DNA of 64,000 nucleotides. Source: Paragordius varius (Eukaryota > Animalia > Nematomorpha). Below the pieces are notes generated by a model. It saw only the letters and a list, made by a program, of their open reading frames with translations. It made no database searches and was not told where the DNA came from. Shown here in pieces: positions 13,424-26,522 of the stretch. Each line of letters opens with the position of its first letter. Position 1 is the stretch's first letter. The position numbers were made by a program, and so were the translations under genes. The DNA lies in contig OZ176050.1 in assembly GCA_964247055.1 (NCBI GenBank), forward strand, positions 4,650,001-4,714,000, written 5' to 3'.

Positions 13424-16400
13424 TCAAGAAACTCTGACATAAATTGATTGAGAAGTTCCAGGATCCCATAACTGTTTGTCAGAATCTAAACAAAAATCAC
13501 AAATTATTTTTATAGTACATTTGTTAAAAAAGGGAGCGTTGGATTTATTTTTATGATGATATTTCATTTTAGCAGTTAATAGTAATACTCATTTAAGTGT
13601 TGTTCGATTTTTGGAATAACAGATGATAGACTATATACCTTAAAGAGTTACTTGATAATATTATTAAATCAAAACCGTTTTTACTTAAAAAACATATATT
13701 TTAATCGATTGCACCACCAATCAATATTTTTTTGATTCCAGTTAGTTGTACTTTAAGGTTCAACAAATTTTGTTATATACTTGTAATCAAGAGCATGTAG
13801 TTTAACAATGAGCTGGTTCAATGCGCTTAATTATAAATCTTGCATTACCCATCCTTTTTGTCGTTAATAATTTGATGCACACCGTTAAAAGAATATTTAT
13901 GTGCAAAATTTTCCACATTTTTATGATATGGTTACCGATTCTCATTAAACAATAACACAAATTATTGCAAATTAATCTTCCTTCAACCTTTTTTTAATGA
14001 GGTTTAAAATTATTCAATGGTTAAAACGATATCAGTCTGCTTTTGACAATTATTTAATTGGAAATACAAGCTATCAATGACACATTTTTTGATTCAAATG
14101 AACAATAATGCATTTTTCATAATGAAAAAAAATCATATTTTGACGCCCATAAATGAGATTCAATATTATATATGTAGTATCAGTAGTCTATAGAGCTGAC
14201 ATTTTGAAAAAAACATCGGTCTTATCGCCCAAATGAACAATTACTATAATTAATAATAAAATTAACATTAATCATAAACATTATTATATAAGTTTATCAA
14301 ACTTTGTTTGATCTGAACTCCCACTTGCAAACATTTTTTAAAAACCTTTTAATTTATATTTTTAGATAACTGCAGTTAGGAGAAATAAAATGTCCCATTT
14401 ACAAGTTGAGCACCTAATACTCATGGATGTATTCAATATTTATACCTTTGTTTACACATCTTTTACAAACCATTTACACTTCAAAATCACCCTTAAACGA
14501 AATTCACCTCGAACATTTCAAATTCACCCTAAAATAATTTATGTGTTTTTTTTCTACCTATATTTTTTTATTATCCTGAAGTTTTGTTTATATATAAAAT
14601 AATACTGAAAAAATCAAAAACTAAGCCATTATGATATATTTCATATTAATAATGACCTTTGACCGAAAACACAATATATTTTTAGGGTGAATTTTAATTG
14701 TTCGAGAATGAGTTTGAATTGTTCAGGGGTGAATTTGAATTAAAAATGGTATTATATGGTGACTGTTAGATAATCAACATATAAAAATTAAAGTATAAAT
14801 TAAAATACAGTATAATATATTACCCATAATAAAGCAGGCAATGTAAATTTGATAAAATCCGTTGCGTTGCTCAAAATCAATTAGGAATTGACCAGTGAAA
14901 TAATCGTTATGGATAGCGACATCTTGACTTTGGCAATGATTAGTTTTCTCCTCCTATAAAATAAATAAATAAAGGTAATAAATGAGGCATGAATGATAAA
15001 TAAATAGAAATGCAACAACACATACTTGAAAAGGATTTTTGTCACTCAATCTATACATTATATAAATAGTATAATTAAGAAAAGAAATGATATTTAGTAT
15101 ATTTATGCATAAAACATAATAATTATTTATTTAGTTACCTAATTTCACAATCAATGATAGCATTAGAATTGGCCTCAGAACTACATCCTTCCAATTGCAA
15201 ATCTAAGAGTTTCTTTTCTAGCGCATGGAATTCGGTAATTAAGCATTCTTGATGTTTTATCTTTGGTTTGATTTGCTGAATTATATTATCAGTCGTAGTT
15301 TCGTTATTCAAAGGTGATAGATATGTGCATGAACATTCTACGCGAATAGTTTGAAAACCGGTTTTAGTATGTTGTGATTGATTTATAATGATTCCCTCCA
15401 CATTAATAGTGAAAAGGGAATCGATTGAGCATTTGACATAGGTGGCAGGATCACGAAATATATTATGCAAAATGTTTTGCATGTTGTTTTGTAGAATCAA
15501 AGATTCTGGTAAGATTTTGCATGGCTGTGGATTCGTAAATATCTGTTATATTGACAAAAATATGTGTGAATATTATTTTATTTTTAAAAAATAGCCAACA
15601 ATTTCTTATAGGATTTAATGCTACAAAAAATTGATTTAAAATTTATAATGAAAGCCAGATTGGAAACATAAAGATATATAATATTAATTCGTAAATATTG
15701 TAAAAATTCAAACTTTCAGACTCATACAAACAAAATTAAATATATGAATATGATTTTTTAGCCTATTTATCATATCACAAACAAATTATATAAATTAAAA
15801 TTAGGTTAAATGAAAAAGGTACACTACAGAACTTCGGCGAAAATTTAAGGCCAATTTTTGGTCCAAATCATTCATGATTTTTGACATAGATATTTAAAAT
15901 ATCTTAGCAAAATTGTTACAATATAAATAATTCAATGCATCAATGCTAAGAAAAACATAAAATAATTCTCTAAAAAACAATAACAATATTAATCAATTTA
16001 GCCACACAGTAAAATGAATTAACCAATTTGCAAAAAAATATAGCTAAATGTTCCCAACCTTTAGTGTTGTGGATTGAGGGTTGATAAAGAAATAGCTTGG
16101 ATACCGAAATGGAGATTGAAGCAATGCTAAAACAATCGTTTGACAAAGGGTCAAACACTGTTTCCATTCCAAAGGATTCATATCATCCATGTCATTTAGC
16201 TTATTGAGTAAAGATTTGAATTGATGATATTTATCAGTTGTTTTAGGTATTATATTGAGTAGTAAATTTTCAACAGACAAAAATGTATCTGAACTAGTTA
16301 GTTGTTCTGTGGTGTTGCCTACTGCTAAACATAACATTTCTAACAAATGTTTAACGGCTAAAATGGTTGAAATACAAGTCTTTTGAATGAATCTTTGAAC

Positions 16401-19400
16401 ACGGGGTGGTGTATCAAAGCAGCGTCGTTTATAAAACATGGACCATAATTGCACTGTTAATTCACACCGACATAGGATCGGATGAAAATAATTTTTGAGA
16501 CGCATTCCTATAACATATACTTATTATTATGACTTTTGTAAAACCTTAAAAACTTTAAGAAACCATATTTAAGCTATAGTATTTAGATAGATTAATACAT
16601 ATAGTAAATTAAAATCGATGTCGTTAGGTCATTGTTGACATTTAAAATTCAATACAGGAAATCTACATTTTAATTTTTTCTCATTCAATTTTTTTCATTG
16701 ATTTTTAATTATTATTATGATAATAGCCAATTTTTTGTAATTAAGCAGCTTATTTTTGTTTGCAACGCTAATATTTAATTTTCTTATGTATCGTTTCGTT
16801 ATTATGGAAATTTATGATTATATTTTCAAAAATATTAAAATGGGAATGAAAATCTCTTACATTTGCACAATATATTAGAACAAGTTTATATGTTATTAAA
16901 ATATTCTAAAACAATGTAAAAAAAATTACTGATAATATCTCGATTGTATGATATTGATTCTTTAGCTACATCTCTACTAATTGTGGTCCCATAATTTTTG
17001 GTAAAAATGTTATCATATATCGAATCTGATATTTGCAAGTGTTTAAAAAACGTGATTATTTGAGCAAGGCATTGATAAACACTTGCTCTGAGGTATAAAA
17101 ATTCTAGTTGAAAAGCAAATGAAGCACTATCATTTTGTGTTGAGGAGATACTGCTTAACTTTAAATATGATAAAGTATTTGATTGTAAGGTGTTGAATAA
17201 ATTATTGTCTTTTGCTACATAGGGCATTGTGTGAATTGTTTGCTAAAATATGCATATTTTATTAATTACTTTAGTGAATCAACTTGTTTTTTTACAACTT
17301 TCGTAAAGTTTTAATATTGGTGTGTGGAATGTAATGCTGACTACGAGGCATAAAGGATCAATAATAATTATTTATTTTTTTAAAAATGTAACAAGTTATA
17401 GGTTTAACGTTTTGTATATGCTTTACTTTACTCGTTTGCATTTTTTGCTGATAAATTAAAGGATATGTCTGAAATTTTGCATTTTTTGCTGATATATTAG
17501 AGATATGTCTGAATTAAACTATTTTTATTGAAAATATTTGTCCGGTGCTTTTCAAAAAAGAGTCTGATTATACAAATAATATTGCAGCCTTTTTTGATAG
17601 AAATTTATATAAAATGTAAATATTGAAACATTGGTCCAATCCATTTTCCAAAAAGGCATATATATGAAAAAACAAGAAAAAATATACCCGAATAAGGTCT
17701 ATAGATTTATAAATTTGATCCTCCAATTCAGATAAATCTTGTTGAGAAATGCCTCTTTTAACCATTAAACTCTCAAATCTAGCTACACTGCATAGTGTTG
17801 ATATCCAAGCGTGGTAATGTTCGTTGGTAAGCTATTAAAAAATATATAAATTAATAAGACGTATATGATATTCAATTAATAATAATATATATGGAAAATT
17901 GAATAATTTATGATTTAAAGAAAAGTTACCTAAATATCAAAATGTATTTACAATTAAAATTGAAATACGGATAAAACGTAAAAAAATAAAGAAATATTTC
18001 AATTCGATAAAAGATAACCATACTGTTTTAAATATAAAGTAGTTTATAAAATTTCAAAACATGAAATAGAGATATATATCGGTAAACAATCAATCACATA
18101 TTTTACGATTGTAATGAAATGATTTATATGGGGAAATTAATATTGAAGTATGGATGTATTTTGAAAAAAAATTGTCTTTATATTTTTACGTTTTGTCCGT
18201 ATATTTTTGATTTTTTCTCTTAAATATATAACCCAAACGATAGTAAATAATGTCCATTAATATCTTTGAAAACCAAAAACAAATAAAAGATTTAAATTAA
18301 TATAAATCAAAAAATATATTAACATTTAAATCAGGGGTGTCCAACAATGGCATCGCAAGCCGGATTTTGGGATCAAAAATATATGAGCATTAAAAAATAT
18401 TTTATTAAATTGCATGCATACAATGAATATTACCAATCTATTTTAACAGTTTTCGCTAGCTCTTTGCCAAAATTCGGAAAGAATTAATGAGTATTTAAAA
18501 AAAACAATTTTTAAATTTCGTAAGTTTTGTAATTGTGTTCGCGCGGGCTGCAAAATATTTAGAGGACCGCGTTTCAAACACCCTTAAAATATAAAAAATA
18601 AAAATACGTCGGAAGAAACAATGGATAGCAGTTTGTGGGCCAAATTGTGATGACCATTCATCATGGCTAACTTGGATATATCGTAATACAAGGATGGCTG
18701 TTTGCTGAACTAATAATAATATAATAAATTATTGCCTAATAAAATAAATAGTGTTGGGTCTGATCGGTTACTATAAATGCATTCCTGATTCTTTTTAATG
18801 TAAGTAAAAAACCAGTCAAAATCTTAAAACATATGTTTTTCTCCTGATATAAATTGAACTTATATTTAATGCAAAACAATGGTATAATATTAAATTCCTT
18901 TTAAGTAATAAAAGGTATATTAAAAACATTATATAAAACAAAAATTTGCAATTTGTTTTTTTTGAGTTTTCAACGCTTTTGTATTTTTAGAATTATTTGA
19001 CTGATTATGACGGTTAATGACTATTTGTAGGCGGTCGAAACCCGTTAATATGGTTAAAAGCCAAAATTTATCCCTAATTATAATTATATTAAAAATATTT
19101 GTAACCCTCCTACCAATTGTTTTTAATAACATTTATTGTATAATAAATATGTATTCATAGAGCAGGTTATAAAAATTAAATATTACCTTTTCGCTATCTA
19201 TAAGATTAGTAAAGTTGTTAGATTCAGCATGATTGATATTCAATTTCATAATTAGCTGTATTATATCCTTGTAATTTATAAACGATTCCAATATATAGCC
19301 ATTGTCCCCACCCATTAAAGATATCGGCTGCTTGTCAATAATTAAAGTTGATAAATAGTGCAAGAAATCTGTAACACTAAACATAATATACAAAATTAAT

Positions 19401-22400
19401 TATGTTAATATAGAAATTACTTAGAGCATAAAAAATTATTATTTTAAGGCAAATTATTTAAAAATTAGATCAAACATTACATACATTTTGTTAGTGTTGA
19501 TATTTTTTGCTAGGCAATTTATAGAGTCGACATATAAACGGCATAAGGTGCGAAATATGGTTTGAAACAAAGTTTTTAGTGTGATAGAGTTAATTTCAAA
19601 TTTTGCATTCCCAAACAGTTTTATTTGATCCAAATAATTTTTCAAACAGTTCATAAGAAAAATGTTATAATTCGTCATCAAAATTATATTTGAATTAGAA
19701 ATGGAGGGATTATTTCTGAAATTTTCACCATTGTTTAAATTGGCTATGAAATTTTTAATCTGGTGTAGTATCCGGCACCACATCTATGTAGCAAAATATA
19801 AAATTAAACTTACAAGCAGAAGAGATCAAATAAATTGATTTCAAAAATAATAATATTCAATCGTATTAAAAAAATAGTTTGGGGAACTATTTACAGTTTT
19901 GCTAGTCATATATATTCTAATTTAGAATTTATAAAATGCATATGACCATTAACATTCAATTGAAATTATTAATATTCGATTCGTATTTGCGCGGTGAGTA
20001 TATATAGCTCAATCTACAAAAAATTAAATATTCCGGCTTTGTTTTCTTAAAAATAAAATTCTATAAATGCTAGGATACATAGTTGTTTGCCAAAGTATAT
20101 TCGACTTAAATATAATGTCAAATATTAAACAAACATTGGAGTGTGTCACTAAAAATAAGGGTCTAACACAAACATTGTAAAAACTACTCATAAATCAAAT
20201 CAAAAAATATTCGCATAATTAACAAATAATAGATCCGAAATTCATTGATATACACACTATAATAGAAAGGAACCCAACTCGGTTTCCAACAGGGTATCAG
20301 CACCTCTGACGCCATATTCATTCTTAAAAGGCTACAAGAGAACTACAGATGCAAAAATAAAACCTTATATCACATCCTAATTGATTTAAGCCGTGCATTC
20401 GACTGCATCCCGCGGTCCATGATCACATTTGCGTTACGAAAAAAAAGAAATTCCGGAATGGATAATAAAAATAATAAGTTTACTATATGAGAACACCACT
20501 AATTGCGTCAGAACTCCCGTGGGAGATACCAATCAATTCCCAGTAACTGTCGGACTACACCAGGGCCCCATTCTCAGTACATTACTATTTATCATTCTTA
20601 TGGATGTAATAACTGATAATATAAAAACAGGTTTACCTTTCGAGATGATGTACGCTGACAACATAATACTAACAGCCACCATTAATAAATATAACATCTG
20701 GAAATCTACGTTAGAAAAATTTGGCCTCAAAATTAACTCAGATAAAACAAAGGCTTTAATAACAGGCTCACCTGTACCTGTGATAAAATTCCCTTGCTCC
20801 ATTTGTCACTCTGAAGTGAAACCTAATTCCATCAAATGTACTAAATGCCAACTGTGGGTCCATAAAAAGTGCTCACAAATCAAAGGAAGATATTAAGCAC
20901 TAAAAATTTTGTATGTAAAGCTAAACCCAAACAATCCCACACAAACTACCTACCTCCCATCTCTAAACATCGAGATAGTAAACAAGTACAATTACCTTGG
21001 TGACACAATAGCAGCTGATATCAATATTAAAAACGCCATAACAACACGAACACATAAGCTTGGGCCGAATTCCATCAACTCAAGTATATAATGAAACACA
21101 AACACTTTCAAACCCAAACAAGGGCAAAATCTACACGATTGCCATTCGCCCTGCCCTCACCTATGCTAGCGAATGTTGGCCCTTAAACCAAACTAATGAA
21201 AATAAATTGTGAAATAGAAAAAAAATCCTCAACTCATGTCTCACCAATCAGTACCACAATGATAAAACAAATAATAATAAAAGCATACATAGTCTGTTTC
21301 ATATCGCACCTATGTCTTCTTTTCTCAAAGCAAATCGTCTCAGATACTGGGGCCACATTGAACGCTCAAATGGTTGGATTAACAAAATTAGATCCTTTCA
21401 TCCGAACGGCAATTTAAGACGAGGCAGACCATATCATGATTGGGAAAAAACAATCAGCCATTACTTAAACTTAAATGAATTGACCAAAGACGACTGTCTC
21501 GATCGCAATTCGCTCAAAAATATGGAAGCTAGCACATGCTGGTGAAACAATGACTTGATGATGATGATGACACCATCGTATCATATAAATTGCCAAAACA
21601 ACATAAAAGAGCAATCAGCAGCCAGCCTTTTATTATTATTCTCCAGAGGATACTAAAACGTATTTTTTAAAAACTTACAACTAAATCGAAATGGTTGAAT
21701 CGTGATAAACTATACAAAGGACCGTTGCTATGTTTGCATAAAGCTGTGTACAGAGTTTTTTAATGATAAATATTCACAAACAATGATCACATTTTATTCG
21801 AAGGCCGACTTTAATTTTACATATTAAACGGATTATGCAGCAAGTATTACACGAATTTTTACGAGTTCGATTATGTTATAAAGCGTAACTACAAGTCACA
21901 GTTTAAAATAATAATTTATCATTTATAGTTGGGATTCGTTTTTTAAAATGGTTAAAAAAATTTAAAAAACTTGAACGTATTTTAATCTTCTTTAATATAG
22001 ATTCCACAATAATAAAAATGATACCAAAAGATTAGATCCTAGTGTCTGTAGATGTTTTCCAGCTTTTCGCATGAATTTTAGTTGTTCAGCGTCATGTTGT
22101 ATAATTTCTGATGTATTATCATTGCGCATAAGACGGCTCAAAATATTCGCTATAAATCTCATACTTATTCCAAAATAATTTTTAAGATCAACCATAAGAC
22201 CTAGTGCACAACCTATAGTTGACGATTCTAGAGTATTTGATTCAATCAATATTTCATCCATTTCCATTTTATCACTTGACAAATTCGGTATGTTTTGGTT
22301 TCTTTCTGAATTTCTAATGCTGATTATATTAATATTGCATTTTAAGGCGAGAGCCTTAGTGTGTACAACATGTATTTTTAATACAATGCTTGAAGGTAGT

Positions 22401-24576
22401 TTGCGTTTGATTGGAATATAATTCAAATAAGGAAAATAATAATCAAGTGATTTGCCAATAATATCATGTATAATGACTTTTAATTCGTTGACTTCATCAT
22501 TAGTATAATGTGAAACGTTGGATAGTATATCAAAAATTATAACTAAGCATTCCATATCATAATTGGAAAGTGACAAAAGTTTTTGGCAGTGATCTCCAAT
22601 GATTCTGGATACATAGAATAAAAATAATTAAATAATATATTTAAAGGGCTTAATTTGATATTTTTGTGAAATGGGCACAAAACAGAATATTAAATTTAAC
22701 TTATAAAAATTATAAATTTTAACAGAATTTAAATGCTTTAAAATGTTTTTTTCATACTTTTTCAAAATATCACATAATTGTTTGAGTTGCGAATCGGATA
22801 TATTAATAGAGCTAAGAGATATCTCATTATTCCATTCTTTTACTTTAGAGTAGTAGCTATTCCTAGTTTTGTTAAGTGCGTTTTCAATGATAATATTTTC
22901 TTTTAAGGTATTTTTATGAACTTTATCGGTACACAAATTAGAGGCATCTGCAAACTCTTTTATATCAGTGTAAAATTGGTCCATAAAATTTTCACCATCA
23001 GGATCATTACTCGATTTGATATTTTGTCCATCATTATCCCATGCACCAGATTCAGTAATGATTTCATGGCTATTTTTACAAGTCAGATTTAAGAAATCCT
23101 TCAGTGCTTTTACACGAATTTGAGCCCGTAGATCATTAGTGGCGATTGATAATAAATAATCGGCCTAAAAGTAATTTCAAAAATTACTATGCAAAAATAA
23201 ATTTGATTCTTATTCATTTTTTAAAACTTATTAATATGAGCTAGGTATATTATTGATATCATTGAAATTAATTTACATTATTTTATTCATCACAAAATCC
23301 TAGCCAAAATATATATACATATGATAACCTTATTAAGTAAACAAGTTAAGTTAATTAGTGCTTAAATTTGTTCTTTTATAAAACAGCTTTGTAGTTTTAA
23401 CCCATTTTTTTAATTTAATCATGAAAAATTTCGCTAAAAGAGTAAATTAATGCTAACCATACGTAGCATAGAAATTTTAATTATTTTATCCATATTTTAA
23501 AATTCCAATAACTTTTAAATTTTTATTTATTGTGTGGATGAAGCAGATCGAACTTAATAAAATCTAAATCTAATAATGGGAAGATAAACCAATGTTAGCG
23601 CTAAAAATATATATATATATATATATAATATATTACGTGAGTTTCATAATAAAGTATGGACGATTTCGAAAGTACAGTGAGAGTATGCATACTTTCGAGG
23701 GTAAATTCTTGCTGAGGATATTTGACCAAAGCTTTTTTACATATGGTTATGGCCTAATTAACAAAAAACAGTATTTATTAATTGGTTAAAGCATAAATCT
23801 TTGATGCTAAAAAATAAAATTTACCAAATATATAATAATACTAAATAATTACTTGATCAACAATTTCTGAATAAGGATGCATGTATCTAAGTAAAACCAC
23901 CAGTTTTAATTTAAGTTGAATAGATGTAGAGATATTGTCCATTAATACACATATTTTTTGTATTATAAGCGTTGCAAATAATCTGTAAGGATTACATATG
24001 AAACATATGAAATTACTTCGAATGTTGACAAAGTGTTTGACATGCATAAAAAGCAGCATTAAGTTCAACTTTATCGTTCGAATCCAAACTTTCTTTTATA
24101 AAATGGTGGACATTGGAATAATTATGTAAAATTTTTGATAATGTTCCAAACAAACTAATTTATCAATGCAGTAATTACTTTAATGTTATAGCTCGTGCAA
24201 TAGGGTCATTACTATGGGTAAGAACAAAGAGCCGCTTAACAATTTGGTCCACATTAATGATCTTATGAATGTGTTTGCGACTTTTTTGTACGACCAAATA
24301 TATCATGTATCTAAGAGTATTTGACCTTTTATTTTATTTATATAAAATATACCCACTACAAAAAAAATCAGTCAATTTCAAATAAGCCGAATTGATAAAG
24401 ATTGGAAACGGGTATCGATCAAAAAAATGAGAAAAATTCATAAGGGACTGACACTGCTCATTTAAAATGTTAGACCGTAATCCTAAAAATTAAAATATAA
24501 AACCTCGATCTAACTCCATTAAATAAAAATTAGCTTGTCCTTCTCTGGCATCTTCAAAATTTGAATATTTCGACAT
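13424..24576 (-). CDS. INTS7: Integrator complex subunit 7
   Basis: First exons 24576-24504, 24482-24353, 24325-24179, 24154-24017, 23982-23853 give LMELDRGLRS...EQCQSL...RYPFPIFINSAYLKLTDFF...HSNDPIARAITL...LKLKLVVLLRYMH, colinear with remembered human INTS7. Later exons give NDLRAQIRVKALKDF, AMMNGHHNLAHKL, EHYHAWISTL, FQLEFLYLR, RYPSYFFINPQSTTLK, INVEGII, IHNDYFTGQFL and a last exon 13485-13424 (DSDKQLWDPGT, like human DANGIVWKTGP). Not every internal boundary was resolved. Confidence 0.93.
14469..14750. mobile_element. MITE-like element with ~90-bp degenerate inverted arms (last INTS7 intron)
   Basis: ACCATTT...AATTCACCTCGAACATTTCAAATTCACCCTAAAAT is mirrored by TTTTAGGGTGAATTTTAATTGTTCGAG...AAAATGGT. 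Confidence 0.6.
17966..18201. repeat. Short inverted-repeat pair (possible MITE remnant)
   Basis: TACGGATAAAACGTAAAAA (17966) versus TTTTTACGTTTTGTCCGTA (18183), 18/19 complementary. Confidence 0.45.
18332..18585. mobile_element. hAT MITE remnant (same family as 3704)
   Basis: ATTTAAAT|CAGGGGTGTCCAAC left end; degenerate right end GTTTCAAACACCCTT; shared interior with the 3704 copy. Confidence 0.55.
20150..21570 (+). mobile_element. 5'-truncated, frameshifted RTE-clade non-LTR retrotransposon, antisense in an INTS7 intron
   Basis: RT motifs GFQQGISTSDAIF, DLSRAFDCIPR, GLHQGPILSTLLF, YADN; Cys/His finger CSIC...CTKCQLWVHKKC; YLGD; LRYWGHIER...RRGRP; (TGA)n tail at 21556-21570. 5' boundary approximate. 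Confidence 0.88.
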
Positions 24577-24676
24577 GTGTGAGTTTACAAAAAATGGTTG
24601 CGTCGTGCGATAAATATATATCTATGATTCATAAAATATTAAATTCAAAATATTTTTAATTTTTTAACATAATTAA

Positions 24677-25253
24677 CACTTCGATTCAAATTGGGGTATC
24701 TAAATACCCAAGACTAAATTTAAATTAATATTTTAAAAAATTACTGAAGGAAACTGTCTTAATTTAAATTTTTGCTTCTCTCCTGATAAATATTATATAA
24801 ATGTGCCAAAACATCTTGATAAAATTTTGTTTTAAAAAAAAAGCTCCATCTCAAACTACTTCGACGCCATTTTTATTTTACAAAATTTTTGCAAATATCG
24901 TCTTTATTTAATTTTAAGGGTAAAACTAAAAATATTTTTTTATATAAATTACATCTAACATTGATAGAAATAGAAAAGCGGTTTAGTTTGTATAATTTTT
25001 AATTTTACAATTTGACACATGTCACGTTGACGAAATTTTACCTTTCGGTTTTAGCTTAAAATAAGTAATATCAAGTATTTTTGAATAAAATTTTTTATAT
25101 ATTTTGATTTACTAATGTTAGATAAGTGCAGAATTTTGCCATGGTTTCGATTCCTTCTATATTTTTTAAAGAATTTAATTTTAAACAGGCCTGGGGTATC
25201 CAACTACCCCAATTTGAATCGAAGGACTAAAATGAGTGTGTTGTATCGAAGTG
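24677..25253. mobile_element. piggyBac-like MITE, copy 1
   Basis: TTAA|CACTTCGAT...ATCGAAGTG|TTAA; the 19-bp motif TTCGATTCAAATTGGGGTA is inverted at both ends, offset 3 nt from one terminus and 30 nt from the other. Confidence 0.85.
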
Positions 25254-25957
25254 TTAAAAATAATTATAATTTTGTTGATCCTAATATTTTGGAATCATTT
25301 ATAATATTCGGGTTGGTAACCGAAGATTAATAGATACTTTAAATTTCTACTTTTGTTAGATGCATATTTTTTGTCCCAGGTTAAAACGCGATGGAAAAGA
25401 TTAACTAACGTCAATTGATATAGATTAAAAAATTCACCGTAGTTTATTTGAAAGCAGTTAAATCCACAAGATAGCTGATTTTAAAACTTCAAGACCTTTT
25501 AGGGATGTTTACCCAGGGCCATTAAAAATTATAATATATTAAAAAATATTTTCTGCATTATCCAATTTATAAACCACACTTTTTTAGTTTCTAGATGCAT
25601 GATTTAAAAAATATTTTTAACAGATAAATTTTGGAAACAAACTTTATCTTAAAATAACTTTTTTGCCGACATTTTTCTTAAATCGCGAATACAGCAGCCA
25701 AATAATAATATTTATGGTATAAAATGTAAATAATTGAATTTTAAATAAATGTTTTAAAATATATATTTAATATTTGTTTATTTTAAAAACAACTGTTTTC
25801 AATCATGCGAAGCTATCTTAGTTTGTGACGTTAGTAAATGAGAAGCTATAAGTTTTTAATGTAATACATAAACAAAACAACTTTTAAAACAGTAGTTTGT
25901 TTACTACTTTAAGCTATAGTGTCCAAAATTATCCCTGATGTCAACAAATACATTTAA

Positions 25958-26522
25958 CACTTCGATTCAAATTGGAGTATCCAAATACCCCAGACTAAAT
26001 TTGATTTAGGATTTTTAAAGAACTACTGAAGGAAACGGTTCCAATTTAAATTTATGCTTTTATCCTAATAAAAATTATATAAATATGCCAAAATATATAA
26101 ATAAAATTTTGTTTTAAAAAGAGTTCCATGTCAAACTACTTCGACGCCATTTTTATTTTACTTATTGCAAATGTTAGCCTTCATTTAATTTTAAGGGTAA
26201 AATTAAAGCTGATTTTTTATTTGAATTACATCTAACATTGATAAAAATAGAAAAAGCGGTTTATTATTTTTCAATTTTACCATTGCACACATGTCACGTT
26301 GACTAAATTTTTACCTTTCGGTTTTAGCCTAAAATAAGTAATATCAAGCATTTTTGAATAAAATTTTTATATATTTCGGTTTATTAATGTTACATAAGTG
26401 CAAATTTTTGCCATGGTTTCTCCTTCTATATTTTTAAAAGAATTTAATTTTAAACAGGCCTGGGGTATTTATCTACCCCAATTTGAATCAAAGGACTATA
26501 ATGAATGTGTTGTATCCAAGTG
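25958..26522. mobile_element. piggyBac-like MITE, copy 2 (direct orientation to copy 1)
   Basis: TTAA|CACTTCGAT...ATCCAAGTG|TTAA; colinear with copy 1 over its whole length with scattered substitutions and indels. Confidence 0.85.

Noticed and set aside
13620-13930. Nested minus-strand gene stitched with 23- and 30-nt GT-AG segments inside the last INTS7 intron
   Set aside because: No in-frame ATG or acceptor after the upstream stop and no recognisable protein; such stitching is easy by chance in AT-rich DNA.
14188-14243. Alternative INTS7 last exon (VIVHLGDKTDVFFKMSAL*)
   Set aside because: The 13485-13424 exon preserves the D...W..G motif of the family much better.
24677-26522. LTR retroelement (two ~570-bp direct repeats around a spacer)
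   Set aside because: Each repeat has its own TIRs and TTAA TSD; no TG...CA ends, PBS, PPT or gag/pol.
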